Shown here: in pieces, positions 22,360-31,620 of the stretch | Numbering within the stretch: the first letter of the stretch is position 1 | Layout of the letters: every line of letters begins with the position of its first letter | Origin: a virus | Reading direction: 5' to 3' (one strand) | IMG/VR virus record: IMGVR_UViG_3300032893_000164 | Coordinates: 1-38,473 of that record | Length of the DNA: 38,473 bases | The notes under the pieces: model-generated | Told to the model about the DNA's origin: nothing | Databases searched by the model: none | What the model saw: only the letters and a program-made list of their open reading frames with translations | Made by a program: the position numbers and the translations under genes

Positions 22360-23394
22360 ATGAAAGTCACACCATTAGCCCAGGGAACGGGTGCGCCTGC
22401 AGGTGCCACGGTTGGCCAGGAAAGAATGCCAGCCGACAAGATCGCAGCAGCAAAAGCAATTGCTGCCGGTCAAAATCCAATGAGGTTAGCGGAGTCAGAC
22501 ACTCCTACGGATCCTCAAGTCGAACGCGCCAAGCGGTCTATCCGCCGCATTAAAATGCGCACAAACGCATCTCCTGACAGATTCGATCCAAATGCCCCTG
22601 TGGAAGCTGCTCCTGCAGCGGAGCCTGCCGCACCTGCGCCTGTGGCAGAAACCCCACAAAGTGGCATTTCCGACACAAGTGAACCGACTCAAGTGCCGGA
22701 AGAGACCAAGCCTTTGAGTCCTCAGTTTGCCGCACTGGCTCGCCAGAAGCGGGCGCTCCAAGTGAAAGAGCGCGAGTTGGCAGAAAGAGAAGCCAAGCTT
22801 AATCAGCCCGCAGGGGAAGATTATGTTTCGAAGGCTGACCTTCTCGCTAATCCCCTGAAAGTGTTCGAGCTCGGCGTGACATACGACCAGCTCACTGAAG
22901 CCTTATTGGCTAACCAATCCGGAATCACTCCTGAACTGAAAGCCCTGCAAGCGAAGGTCGAAGCCCTTGAAAAAGGCGTCGATACCAAGCTGACAGAGCG
23001 TGATGCACAAGCGAAGCAGCAAGTTCTCGCAGAAATGACGAGAGAAGCTAAAACGCTTGTGGCCGAGGGAGAGGATTACGCTTTGGTCCGTGAGAAGGGC
23101 TATGTGCCGCAAGTCATCCAGCTGATTGATCAGACTTACGAGAAGACAGGAGAAATCCTAGACGTTCCGTATGCTCTCAGTCTAGTCGAGGAGCAATTAC
23201 TCCAGGATGAGTTGAGAATCGCGAATCTCGAGAAGATTCGAAGCAAACTCACGCCGGCTCAAGTTGAAGCCCAGCAGCAACAACAAAAACCAGTTCCTAC
23301 GATGAGAACATTAACCAACCGCGATGGCGCAACGCCTGCTCTCGGTCGCCGAGAACGAGCAATGCTAGCTTTCGCCGGTCAACTAAAAAGGTAA
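22360..23394 (+). CDS. Scaffolding protein
   Basis: 344 aa, A/E/Q/K-rich coiled-coil composition. Located between the portal and major capsid genes. Confidence 0.7.
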   Translation: MKVTPLAQGTGAPAGATVGQERMPADKIAAAKAIAAGQNPMRLAESDTPTDPQVERAKRSIRRIKMRTNASPDRFDPNAPVEAAPAAEPAAPAPVAETPQSGISDTSEPTQVPEETKPLSPQFAALARQKRALQVKERELAEREAKLNQPAGEDYVSKADLLANPLKVFELGVTYDQLTEALLANQSGITPELKALQAKVEALEKGVDTKLTERDAQAKQQVLAEMTREAKTLVAEGEDYALVREKGYVPQVIQLIDQTYEKTGEILDVPYALSLVEEQLLQDELRIANLEKIRSKLTPAQVEAQQQQQKPVPTMRTLTNRDGATPALGRRERAMLAFAGQLKR

Positions 23395-23403
23395 GGGTGA
23401 CAT

Positions 23404-24711
23404 ATGGCTATTGCGCCAGTCTATGCCAACTCCTCCAACCAGATTGCTGCGTTGAAGGAATTGTACACGGACGATAAAGACTACATGAAAAATATCGTTT
23501 ATTCGAAGAATCCATGGCTTGCCATGATTCCGAAAAACGAGAGTCCAGATGGTTTTGCGGGTAAATACATCCCGGTTCCGCTGGAATACGGCAATCCTCA
23601 GGGCCGTGCACACATCTTCGCTAACGCTCAGAATCAGCAGACTGCTTCTGACGTGGTTAGCTACTTCGTGTACGCGGTTCAGGACTACCAGCTTGTTACC
23701 ATCACGAACCTGTTGATGGAGCAGACGAAGAGCAATGCCGGCGCGTTCGTCGATGAAGCTTCCAGGACCATGGATAATGGCTTCCGGAACTTGTCGAATA
23801 ACATGGCGTTTGAGCTCTTCTCGGGCGGTACGTCGTCTCGCGGCCAGATCGGTTCTGGCGGTGTCAGCGTTTCAGGTACGACTCTCAGCTTCACGCTTCT
23901 CAACACTCAGTCTGTTGTGAACTTCGAAGGGGGGATGACACTCCAGGCTTCGACGACCGACGGCGGTGCTGCTCTCACGGGCAGCGGATCTGCAGTTCTC
24001 GCGGCTCAGGTGACTTCGGTCAACCGCGGAACGGGCGCTATCACGGCCGTTGTCGTGCAGGACACCTACAGCTCGACTTGGGCTGCTAACGACTATCTCC
24101 AGGTTTACGGGGATATCGGTACTGCGGGCGCTTCGACGATTGCGGGTATGCTTGGACTCTCGGGCCTTGCGGCTTGGGTTCCTTCGAGTGACCCTCTTTC
24201 GACCGATAACTTCTGGGGTGTCAACCGTTCGGCGGATCCGACTCGTTTGGCCGGTCTCCGGTACAACGCGTCTGCTCAGTCGATTGCTGAAGGTCTCACT
24301 TCCGCGCTTGCCTTGGGCAACCGAGAAGGTGCGGCGTTTGACCTGATCATCATTGACTTCCTGTCCTACAGCTCGCTCATTAACGAGCTCGGCGCGAAGG
24401 TTCAGTATGTTCAGCTCGAGCATGATGAAGTGGAAGTGGCTTTTGAAGCCATTCACTTCCATTCGGCTTACGGCAAGATCCCGGTGCTTGCTGACCGTTC
24501 TTGCCCGCAGCAGACGGCGTATTGCTTGACCATGGATACGTGGAAGCTTCGCACGCTCGGAAAGGCTCCTCATATCCTGACTTACGGTATGGAAGGGCTT
24601 GAAGGGCTGCGCGTTGGCAATGCGGATGCTCTTGAAATCCGTATCGCCTACTACGGCAACGTCATCAATAGCGCCCCTGGCTATAACATGTACGTTCAGC
24701 TGTCGGCTTAA
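23404..24711 (+). CDS. Major capsid protein
   Basis: 435 aa. Follows the scaffold gene and is followed by a terminator. Strong SD AAAAGGTAAGGGTGA. Confidence 0.8.
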   Translation: MAIAPVYANSSNQIAALKELYTDDKDYMKNIVYSKNPWLAMIPKNESPDGFAGKYIPVPLEYGNPQGRAHIFANAQNQQTASDVVSYFVYAVQDYQLVTITNLLMEQTKSNAGAFVDEASRTMDNGFRNLSNNMAFELFSGGTSSRGQIGSGGVSVSGTTLSFTLLNTQSVVNFEGGMTLQASTTDGGAALTGSGSAVLAAQVTSVNRGTGAITAVVVQDTYSSTWAANDYLQVYGDIGTAGASTIAGMLGLSGLAAWVPSSDPLSTDNFWGVNRSADPTRLAGLRYNASAQSIAEGLTSALALGNREGAAFDLIIIDFLSYSSLINELGAKVQYVQLEHDEVEVAFEAIHFHSAYGKIPVLADRSCPQQTAYCLTMDTWKLRTLGKAPHILTYGMEGLEGLRVGNADALEIRIAYYGNVINSAPGYNMYVQLSA

Positions 24712-24728
24712 GGCTTATTCGAAAGAAT

Positions 24729-24766
24729 AAGGGGGGCTCTCCAGGGATGGGGGGCCCTTTTTATTT
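24729..24766 (+). terminator. Rho-independent terminator candidate after the capsid gene
   Basis: AAGGG(ggg)CTCTCC-agggat-GGGGGGCCCTT, a stem with a 3-nt bulge and two G-U pairs, followed by TTTATTT. Confidence 0.5.
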
Positions 24767-24768
24767 GG

Positions 24769-24851
24769 GGGAGGATAGCTCAGCGGTCAGAGTACTCGGA
24801 TTGGCTAATAAACCATCCTAGGGGTCCTTGGTTCGAATCCAAGTCCTCTCA
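24769..24851 (+). tRNA. tRNA-like gene with canonical acceptor, D and T arms but a 27-nt anticodon arm (10 nt too long); isotype undetermined
   Basis: Acceptor GGGAGGA/TCCTCTC (G2-U71). U8, D arm GCTC-AGCGGTCA-GAGT, variable loop GGGTC, T arm CTTGG-TTCGAAT-CCAAG, discriminator A. No encoded CCA. The anticodon region is CTCGG-ATTGG-CTAATAA-ACCAT-CCTAG. Confidence 0.6.
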
Positions 24852-24854
24852 CCC

Positions 24855-24869
24855 AAGTGTCATTTCGGA
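24855..24869 (+). repeat. 15-mer AAGTGTCATTTCGGA, copy 2
   Basis: Exact match to 18193..18207. Starts 4 nt after the tRNA-like discriminator base. Confidence 0.9.
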
Positions 24870-24959
24870 TATTAGTGAGGTCTTACATATTGTGAGGCGT
24901 ACTGCCGCTTAGGTGCCTGGGGCCAGCGGAGAGAAATTCCCAGGATAGGAGCTACTATC

Positions 24960-25652
24960 ATGAGTGTCGTTCGCGGATACCTAAACGGCGGTAATTTTTA
25001 TTCTAACGTCGCTAAACCCATCGATATCAACCTGAACTTCATTGTGGACCATACCAACGGCAACGGCCTTGGTATTCGTTCCCTGAAGTCTAATGGCTAT
25101 GTGCGTAACGTGTTTATGAACACGAATCAGACGCCGGGATCGAATGACGGGTACACGAATCCCAATCCCGCAGCCGGCTTTGCCTGGATTCAGCTTAAAA
25201 ACAATTTCAACTACTATCTGGGCGGTTTCTCTGGTTTCGTCAGTCAGACGACTGGATCAGCCACGAGCACGACGAGCGGAAATGCGTATGTGATCCGAAC
25301 CCTCGGAACAACAACTTTGGCGCAATGGCAGACCGCGGGTCTTCCTCCCGGATTTACTCCGACCGTTGGCCAGGCGTTTGTTGCGAAGGCGACGGGTGCT
25401 ATCGGCGGAACCGGAACTGTTACTTCTCCTTCTGTTTCTGGAATTACGTGTGTCGAGGTGGTTGGAGACACGAATCAGATGATCGCCAATAGCAATATCG
25501 CGTCTTATGGAGGTGCCTGGCTCTTGGTTCAATTTCTAGGAGCCACAAACTCGAGTACGACCACGCTTATTCCAACGGCTCCAGCAGATAATGCGGCCGT
25601 AGGGATGACCATTCGCATGGATGGCTCGAGCGTTACGATTGACGGCATCTAA
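24960..25652 (+). CDS. Abundant-looking virion protein (230 aa; decoration or tail-related)
   Basis: SD AGGAG. Own upstream leader and a strong downstream terminator. G/T/S/N-rich beta-type composition. Confidence 0.8.
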   Translation: MSVVRGYLNGGNFYSNVAKPIDINLNFIVDHTNGNGLGIRSLKSNGYVRNVFMNTNQTPGSNDGYTNPNPAAGFAWIQLKNNFNYYLGGFSGFVSQTTGSATSTTSGNAYVIRTLGTTTLAQWQTAGLPPGFTPTVGQAFVAKATGAIGGTGTVTSPSVSGITCVEVVGDTNQMIANSNIASYGGAWLLVQFLGATNSSTTTLIPTAPADNAAVGMTIRMDGSSVTIDGI

Positions 25653-25660
25653 CTCAGGTT

Positions 25661-25700
25661 GGGCCCAGAGACCTATCTCTCCTCTCTGGGCCCTCTTTTA
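25661..25700 (+). terminator. Rho-independent terminator
   Basis: Perfect 11-bp stem GGGCCCAGAGA / TCTCTGGGCCC with an 11-nt loop, then TCTTTT. Confidence 0.8.
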
Positions 25701-25710
25701 AGGAAACTCC

Positions 25711-26778
25711 ATGGCTGTAACGGTTCCTTATCAAGTTCAAAACCTGGTTGCCGAACAGGCAGACGGCAACATTTGCCTCACTTGGACCGGATCCCAGGGA
25801 GCTACCGGATATAATATTCAGCGCTCGACGGATGGGGTCAATTTTTCAGATCTTGCGACTACAGGAGTGACCACTCAGTACATCGATTCTCTGCCAGGCA
25901 TTGGAATCATGTACTACTACCAAGTTGCTGGCACGAATACCTCCGGAACTGGGACCTATAGCTCGATCGCTCAGATGGTTGCTGCTCCCCCCTCTGAAAT
26001 GTCTCTCTTTGAGATGAGGCTTAGAGCTCAGGAGTGTGCGGATCGAGTCAATTCTAATTTCGTGATCACTCCGGAATGGAATTCATTCGCCCGTCTTGCG
26101 ATGTATGAGCTCTACGATATTCTCATGACCTCTTATGAGGATTACTTTGCTTCCAATTACGTTGCGATTCAGACGAATGGCACGACGGCCAATTATCCTC
26201 TTCCTGATGGAGCGACTAATTATCTCGGCGGAAATTATAATGGTGTTTCTGGTGCTCCTGCTGCTGCATTTTATAAGCTGGCTGGTGTGGACCTGAATGT
26301 AAACACCAGCGTTTTGACGCCTTCTCGAGTTTCACTTCTCAGATTCGACTTCATCAAGCGCAATCAATATGTTTACCCGAACAGCACGAGCACTATTTAC
26401 GGCGTCTACAACATGCGTTATCGCCTTATGGGGAATAACATTAATATTATTCCTACTCCTGCTGGTAATCAGACTCTGATTCTTTGGTATTCCCCTCGCC
26501 TTCCCGCTCTCTTGAAAGATTCGGACGTGACCACTCTCGGAATCTCCGGATGGTTGAGATACGTGATTGTCCGGATGGCGAAATACGCGCTCGACAAGGA
26601 AGAGGGGACCGACACTTCGAAGCTTGATCAGGAGATCATCTATCTCAAGCAGAGGATCGAGCAGGCTGCAAGTAACAGAGATGCGGGACAGGCGGACGTA
26701 ATTTCGGAAACACGTTGGGATGGAATTTATGGTGGAAATGGATTTGCAGGCGGCGGTGGAAGCCAAGGGGGTTGGTGA
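25711..26778 (+). CDS. Virion protein with an N-terminal fibronectin type III domain (adaptor or tail-associated)
   Basis: The N-terminus VQNLVAEQADGNICLTWTGSQGATGYNIQRSTDGVNFSDLA...YYYQVAGTNTSGTG matches the FN3 pattern. Gly-rich C-terminus. Confidence 0.75.
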   Translation: MAVTVPYQVQNLVAEQADGNICLTWTGSQGATGYNIQRSTDGVNFSDLATTGVTTQYIDSLPGIGIMYYYQVAGTNTSGTGTYSSIAQMVAAPPSEMSLFEMRLRAQECADRVNSNFVITPEWNSFARLAMYELYDILMTSYEDYFASNYVAIQTNGTTANYPLPDGATNYLGGNYNGVSGAPAAAFYKLAGVDLNVNTSVLTPSRVSLLRFDFIKRNQYVYPNSTSTIYGVYNMRYRLMGNNINIIPTPAGNQTLILWYSPRLPALLKDSDVTTLGISGWLRYVIVRMAKYALDKEEGTDTSKLDQEIIYLKQRIEQAASNRDAGQADVISETRWDGIYGGNGFAGGGGSQGGW

Positions 26779-27062
26779 TGAATCTTCCCCAGAAGCTTCC
26801 ACTCGATCTCATGCAGACCAAATGGTCGGCTATATTGAACCCTCTTCTCCAGAATCCATTAAACTCCATCAATATTTTGAAGAACATTTCGCTCTCGAAT
26901 GGATCGACGGTAATCAATCACGGTCTAGGGAGACAGCAGCAAGGCTGGTTTATTTCTGACATTCAAGGCGCTGCCACTATCTACCGCTCTGCTCCGTTCA
27001 ATGCTCTCACTCTTACACTCACCAGTAACGCTGCCGTTACGGTAGATATTGGAGTCTTCTAA
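26778..27062 (+). CDS. Small tail-associated protein (94 aa)
   Basis: ATG at 26778 overlaps the upstream TGA. MNLPQKLPLDL...INHGLGRQQQGW. Confidence 0.65.
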   Translation: MNLPQKLPLDLMQTKWSAILNPLLQNPLNSINILKNISLSNGSTVINHGLGRQQQGWFISDIQGAATIYRSAPFNALTLTLTSNAAVTVDIGVF

Positions 27063-28156
27063 TGGCGAATACTACGACTTCTCCAAACATGGGGTTGGTT
27101 GTTCCAACGGTCTCTGTGGATCCAGGACCCGATTGGGCAAATAATATCAACGCCAGCCTTTCTATTGTTGATCAACACAATCACTCCTCTGGTTCTGGCG
27201 TTCAAATCAACCCGGCCGGAATCAATATCAACTCAGATCTTCCTTTCAACGGGAACAATCTGACTCTGGTTAGATCAACTCGTTTTTCTGTTCAGCCGGC
27301 CGCTCTTTCTGGAGTGAGCGACCTGGGTTGTCTCTATGTCACGGGCGTTGATCTTTATTACAATGATGAAAACGGAAACCAGATTCAACTCACGGCCGGA
27401 GGAACGGTCAACGCCACGTCTTCAGGCATCTCAAGCGGCACGGCTTCTGCCTCTTTTATTGGCGGAACTCTAGTCGTAAATTCAGCTTCAAACACTCCGG
27501 CCAATGTTCAGTGTGGTTCTGTTCTCATTGGAAATGTTGTTGCTGCAAGTAAGTTTTGTACTTTGTCGGTCCAAAATTCACTTGCTAGCAATTATGCTTT
27601 GACTCTTCCGACTATTCCCGTATCGACTAGTTTCGTCACGATAGATTCTAGCGGTAATATGGGTACATCCTCTGGAGTATCTGCTGCTCAGATTGCATCC
27701 GGGAGCATCACTGGATCTCAGATCGCCACTCAGACCGTTGCTCAATCTAATTTGGCATTGAGGTCTACAGGAACAACCGTAGGAGCTGGTGGGGTTGCGA
27801 TTAGCAATGCGGCTGTTTCGTTTATCACGAACTCCACAAGCTACGTATCCGTTACGAATCTGTCGGTCACGATTACCACTACTGGCCGGCCTGTTTTTAT
27901 TGGTCTTCAGAATACGACCACATCAAGCACACAAGCCTATATATTCGCAGCGTCGAGCGAAACCGGATTTATTGAGCTATTGAGAGGATCAACCTCTATT
28001 TCAACCTATTCGTATCAGGGACAGGTTCCTCCGCCCACCTGCATGATCATCGATGCAGTTTCATCTGGAACTTATACATATAGTATCAAAATGAAATCAG
28101 GCGCGGGCGGTAATGTGGAAATTCAAACACTCAGCCTTATCGCCTATGAAATTTAA
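27062..28156 (+). CDS. Tail fibre/spike-like protein
   Basis: The N-terminal GLVVPTVSVDPGPDWANNINASLSIVDQHNHSSGSGVQI is a motif I associate with phage fibre N-termini. S/T/G/N-rich body. 364 aa. Confidence 0.75.
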   Translation: MANTTTSPNMGLVVPTVSVDPGPDWANNINASLSIVDQHNHSSGSGVQINPAGININSDLPFNGNNLTLVRSTRFSVQPAALSGVSDLGCLYVTGVDLYYNDENGNQIQLTAGGTVNATSSGISSGTASASFIGGTLVVNSASNTPANVQCGSVLIGNVVAASKFCTLSVQNSLASNYALTLPTIPVSTSFVTIDSSGNMGTSSGVSAAQIASGSITGSQIATQTVAQSNLALRSTGTTVGAGGVAISNAAVSFITNSTSYVSVTNLSVTITTTGRPVFIGLQNTTTSSTQAYIFAASSETGFIELLRGSTSISTYSYQGQVPPPTCMIIDAVSSGTYTYSIKMKSGAGGNVEIQTLSLIAYEI

Positions 28157-31100
28157 ATGCTGCAAAAGACCAATGTAAATATCAATTTCTCGCAGGGATT
28201 AGATACTAAGACTGACCCGAAGCAGGTTCAGATCGGTAAGTTTCTATCTCTCGCGAACTCGATATTTACAAAGGGCGGATTGCTTCAGAAACGAAATGGC
28301 TATCAAGCGCTTCTCTCTGCGACCACGGCCGGAACTCCTGCGGCATCCTACCTAACCACGTTCAACGGGAATCTGACCGCGATTGGGAATAGCATTAACG
28401 CCTATTCGCAGAGTTCAAAGTCATTTGTCAGCAAGGGGTCGATTCAGCCGATGGAACTGGCGACCATGCCGCTCATCCGAAATAACATCAATCAGACCCA
28501 GTGCGATTCGGCTATTGCTTCTAATGGGCTCATCTGCACGGTTTATTCGGAAACCAACGGGGCTTCGACCGATTATCGCTACGTCGTGGCCGACGCTACC
28601 ACTGGACAAAACATCATTGCTCCTTCTGCGCTTCCAACTCTGGCCGGAGGAACAATTACCGGATCGTCTCGCGTTTTTATCGTCGGATCATATTTCGTGA
28701 TTGTCAGTCAGGTTCAAGTGACAGGCACGACTTATCTTCAATATTGCTCAATGCCGATTACGAACGTGAGCCTGATTTCTCACGCGCAAAACACCTATGC
28801 GGAAGCTTATGTTCCGATCTCGAGCAATCCCGGATGGGATGGAGTAGTAACCAACAACACGCTCGTAATCGCATATAACACGACGGCAGGCGGCCAGGGC
28901 GTCCATGTTACGTCTTTGACGGCCGCGCAAATTGCTTCAAATCAGGCGAGCTCTGTCGTTCATGCATTTACGAACGCAGCTTATAAGGCGTCTCTTCTGT
29001 CTCTCTGCGTCGATGCTACAGAAAATCCAAATATCGTCTACATTAGCTTTTGGAACTCAACCAGTACCAATAGCTATACCGCAGCCGTCTATCTTGGGTT
29101 CGGAACAATTACGACACAATTTGCCCCTCAAGAAATGACCGTCACTCAGCCTGTGGCCAATATTACTTCGGCTGCGCAGAGCGGGGTTTGCACGGTCTTT
29201 GAAGAAATCACAAATGCCTATTCCTATGATGCAGGCATTCCGACAAATTATATTGTGTCTGTGACCTGCAATCAGACCGGAACTGTGGGCATGAGTTCTC
29301 CGGCGATCGTTCGTTCCGTTGGTCTTGCCTCTAAAGCGTTCATCGTCAATCAGGTTATTTACTTCCTGGCCAGTTACCAGAGTTCTTATCAGCCGAGTTA
29401 TTTCCTCATCAACGGATCGACGACGACTGCGGCGAATCCCGTTGTGGCCGGAAAGCTTGCCTATGAAAATGGCGGCGGCTATCTGACTCTTGGCCTTCCG
29501 AATGTCACTATTTCGAATGGGAATGTCGCTCAAATTCCCTATTTGTATAAGGATCTAGTCGAAGCACTGAGCACAACTGCCAATTCTCAGCAAACGACCA
29601 CAGGCGGAATCTATAGTCAGACTGGCATAAATCTTGCGACTTTTACTATCGGCACAAGTGGACTCGATTCGGCGGAAATCGGGAATGATTTGCATGTCTC
29701 TGGCGGGTTTCTTTGGATGTACGACGGCTATTTGCCGGTCGAACATAATTTTTTCCTCTGGCCAGATAATGTAGAGGCGACTTGGAGCGCGTCTGGCGGC
29801 AGTATGCAGGCTCAGCCGGACAATATGACGAATACGAACGCCTATTACTATCAGGCGCTCTATTCTTGGGCCGACAATCAGGGAAATATCTTTAGATCGG
29901 CTCCAAGTATTCCAATCGCCGTGACAACTACCGGATCTGCGGCCACAGGATCCGTGACGGTCAAGATTCCGACGCTTCGTTTAACCTACAAAACCTTGAA
30001 TCCGGTCAAAATCGAGCTCTATCGATGGAGCGTCGCGCATCAGACCTATTATCAAGTGACGAGCATCTCTTCTCCAACTCTGAATTCCACGACAGTTGAT
30101 TCGATTTCCTATGTGGATACGTTGGCGGATTCATCGATTGTAGGAAACAATATCATTTACACGACTGGCGGCGTGATTGAGGATATCAATGCGCCGGCAT
30201 CTAACCTCATCACGCTTTTTGATACGCGACTTTGGCTTGTGGATGCTGAAGATCCAAATCTTCTCTGGTTTTCTAAGCAAGTCATTGAAGCAACGCCTGT
30301 CGAAATGTCCGATCTGTTGACTTTTTACGTTGCTCCGACTACAGCCGCCCAGGGAAGCACAGGACCCATCACGGCTATCGCTCCGATGGACGATAAGCTG
30401 ATCATTTTCAAACGCAATGCGATCTATTACATCAACGGAACTGGACCTGATAATACTGGCGCTAACAATAATTACAGTCAGCCTATTTTTATTACCTCGA
30501 CGGTAGGTTGTGCCAATCAGGCGAGTATTATTTTCACGCCTAGCGGCCTCATGTTTCAAAGCGACAAGGGAATTTGGCTCTTGGGCCGCGGTCTCGAGAC
30601 GCAATACATCGGAGCTCCGGTTGAGGCATTCAATTCCGCAATGGTTCAATCGGCGGTCAATATTCCGGAGACAACACAGGTCAGGTTTACGCTCTCAACG
30701 GGCGCTACCCTCATGTACGACTACTATTATCAGCAATGGGGTACTTTCATCGGCATTCCCGCTGTCTCTGCCTGTATTTTCGAGAATCTCCATACCTTTT
30801 TGAACGAATTTGGCCAGGTTTATCAGGAAAATCCTGGATCCTATGTTGATGGATCAAATCCGGTGCTCATGTCCTTCACGACGGGCTGGTTGAACATGGC
30901 TGGCGTCCAGGGGTACATGAGAAGCTACTGGTTTTTCCTTCTGGCTCAGTATCTCTCGCCGCATAAACTTCAGGTGGAAGTGGCGTATGATTACAATCCA
31001 TCTCCCGAGCAAAGCACGCTCATTTCCCCAACTAATTTCAGCCCAGCTTACGGCGGCTCGAGTCCTTATGGCCAGAATGCTTATGGCGGTTCAGGGGATC

Positions 31101-31285
31101 TCGAGAATTGGCGCGTGTTTCTGGCCAAACAGCGATGCTCGGCTTTCCAGGTCAGCGTTCAAGAGGTTTATGATTCGACCTTTGGCGTGGCCCCTGGGGC
31201 CGGGTTCACTATGTCGGGGCTCAATCTCGTTTACGCCATCAAAAAGGGTTGGAGAACCATTTCGGCGGCGCATTCCGCGGGGTAA
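28157..31285 (+). CDS. Large tail protein, T7 gp12 (tail tubular B / nozzle)-like
   Basis: 1042 aa. The N-terminus NFSQGLDTKTDPKQVQ...GGLLQKRNG parallels T7 gp12 (GGISQQPD...GLQKRP). Position is before the internal-protein genes. Confidence 0.7.
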   Translation: MLQKTNVNINFSQGLDTKTDPKQVQIGKFLSLANSIFTKGGLLQKRNGYQALLSATTAGTPAASYLTTFNGNLTAIGNSINAYSQSSKSFVSKGSIQPMELATMPLIRNNINQTQCDSAIASNGLICTVYSETNGASTDYRYVVADATTGQNIIAPSALPTLAGGTITGSSRVFIVGSYFVIVSQVQVTGTTYLQYCSMPITNVSLISHAQNTYAEAYVPISSNPGWDGVVTNNTLVIAYNTTAGGQGVHVTSLTAAQIASNQASSVVHAFTNAAYKASLLSLCVDATENPNIVYISFWNSTSTNSYTAAVYLGFGTITTQFAPQEMTVTQPVANITSAAQSGVCTVFEEITNAYSYDAGIPTNYIVSVTCNQTGTVGMSSPAIVRSVGLASKAFIVNQVIYFLASYQSSYQPSYFLINGSTTTAANPVVAGKLAYENGGGYLTLGLPNVTISNGNVAQIPYLYKDLVEALSTTANSQQTTTGGIYSQTGINLATFTIGTSGLDSAEIGNDLHVSGGFLWMYDGYLPVEHNFFLWPDNVEATWSASGGSMQAQPDNMTNTNAYYYQALYSWADNQGNIFRSAPSIPIAVTTTGSAATGSVTVKIPTLRLTYKTLNPVKIELYRWSVAHQTYYQVTSISSPTLNSTTVDSISYVDTLADSSIVGNNIIYTTGGVIEDINAPASNLITLFDTRLWLVDAEDPNLLWFSKQVIEATPVEMSDLLTFYVAPTTAAQGSTGPITAIAPMDDKLIIFKRNAIYYINGTGPDNTGANNNYSQPIFITSTVGCANQASIIFTPSGLMFQSDKGIWLLGRGLETQYIGAPVEAFNSAMVQSAVNIPETTQVRFTLSTGATLMYDYYYQQWGTFIGIPAVSACIFENLHTFLNEFGQVYQENPGSYVDGSNPVLMSFTTGWLNMAGVQGYMRSYWFFLLAQYLSPHKLQVEVAYDYNPSPEQSTLISPTNFSPAYGGSSPYGQNAYGGSGDLENWRVFLAKQRCSAFQVSVQEVYDSTFGVAPGAGFTMSGLNLVYAIKKGWRTISAAHSAG

Positions 31286-31287
31286 CG

Positions 31288-31620
31288 ATGAGCTTTTACG
31301 CAGATTACTTGATGGAGCGAACCGAAGACCGAATTATCGAGACCGATATCGGATTTGCGACCTATCGCTTCATTCCAGAGACTAAATCGGTCTATATCAT
31401 CGACCTCTATATTCATCCCGATCACAGACAAAAGGGGAAGGCAAGTGCCTTAGCCGACTCTATTGTAGCAATAGCGAAGCAACGCGGTTGCACTGAGTTA
31501 CTTGGAAGCGTTGTGCCATCAAATAAGGGATCCACTTCCAGTCTCAAAGTTCTTTTGGGCTATGGAATGCGCCTAAAGAGCAGTGCGAATGACTTTATCG
31601 TTTTTTGTAAGGAGATCTAA
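31288..31620 (+). CDS. GNAT-family N-acetyltransferase (110 aa) inside the virion module
   Basis: YIIDLYIHPDHRQKGKASALADSIV (motif A, R-x-x-G-x-A) and LLGSVVPSNKGSTSSLKVLLGYGMRL (motif B-like). ATG at 31288 is just after the upstream stop. Confidence 0.75.
   Translation: MSFYADYLMERTEDRIIETDIGFATYRFIPETKSVYIIDLYIHPDHRQKGKASALADSIVAIAKQRGCTELLGSVVPSNKGSTSSLKVLLGYGMRLKSSANDFIVFCKEI

Noticed and set aside
24769-24851. tRNA-like sequence as an attP core for integration into a host tRNA gene
   Set aside because: It is a full-length cloverleaf rather than a 3'-half fragment. No integrase or excisionase candidate is visible anywhere in the genome.
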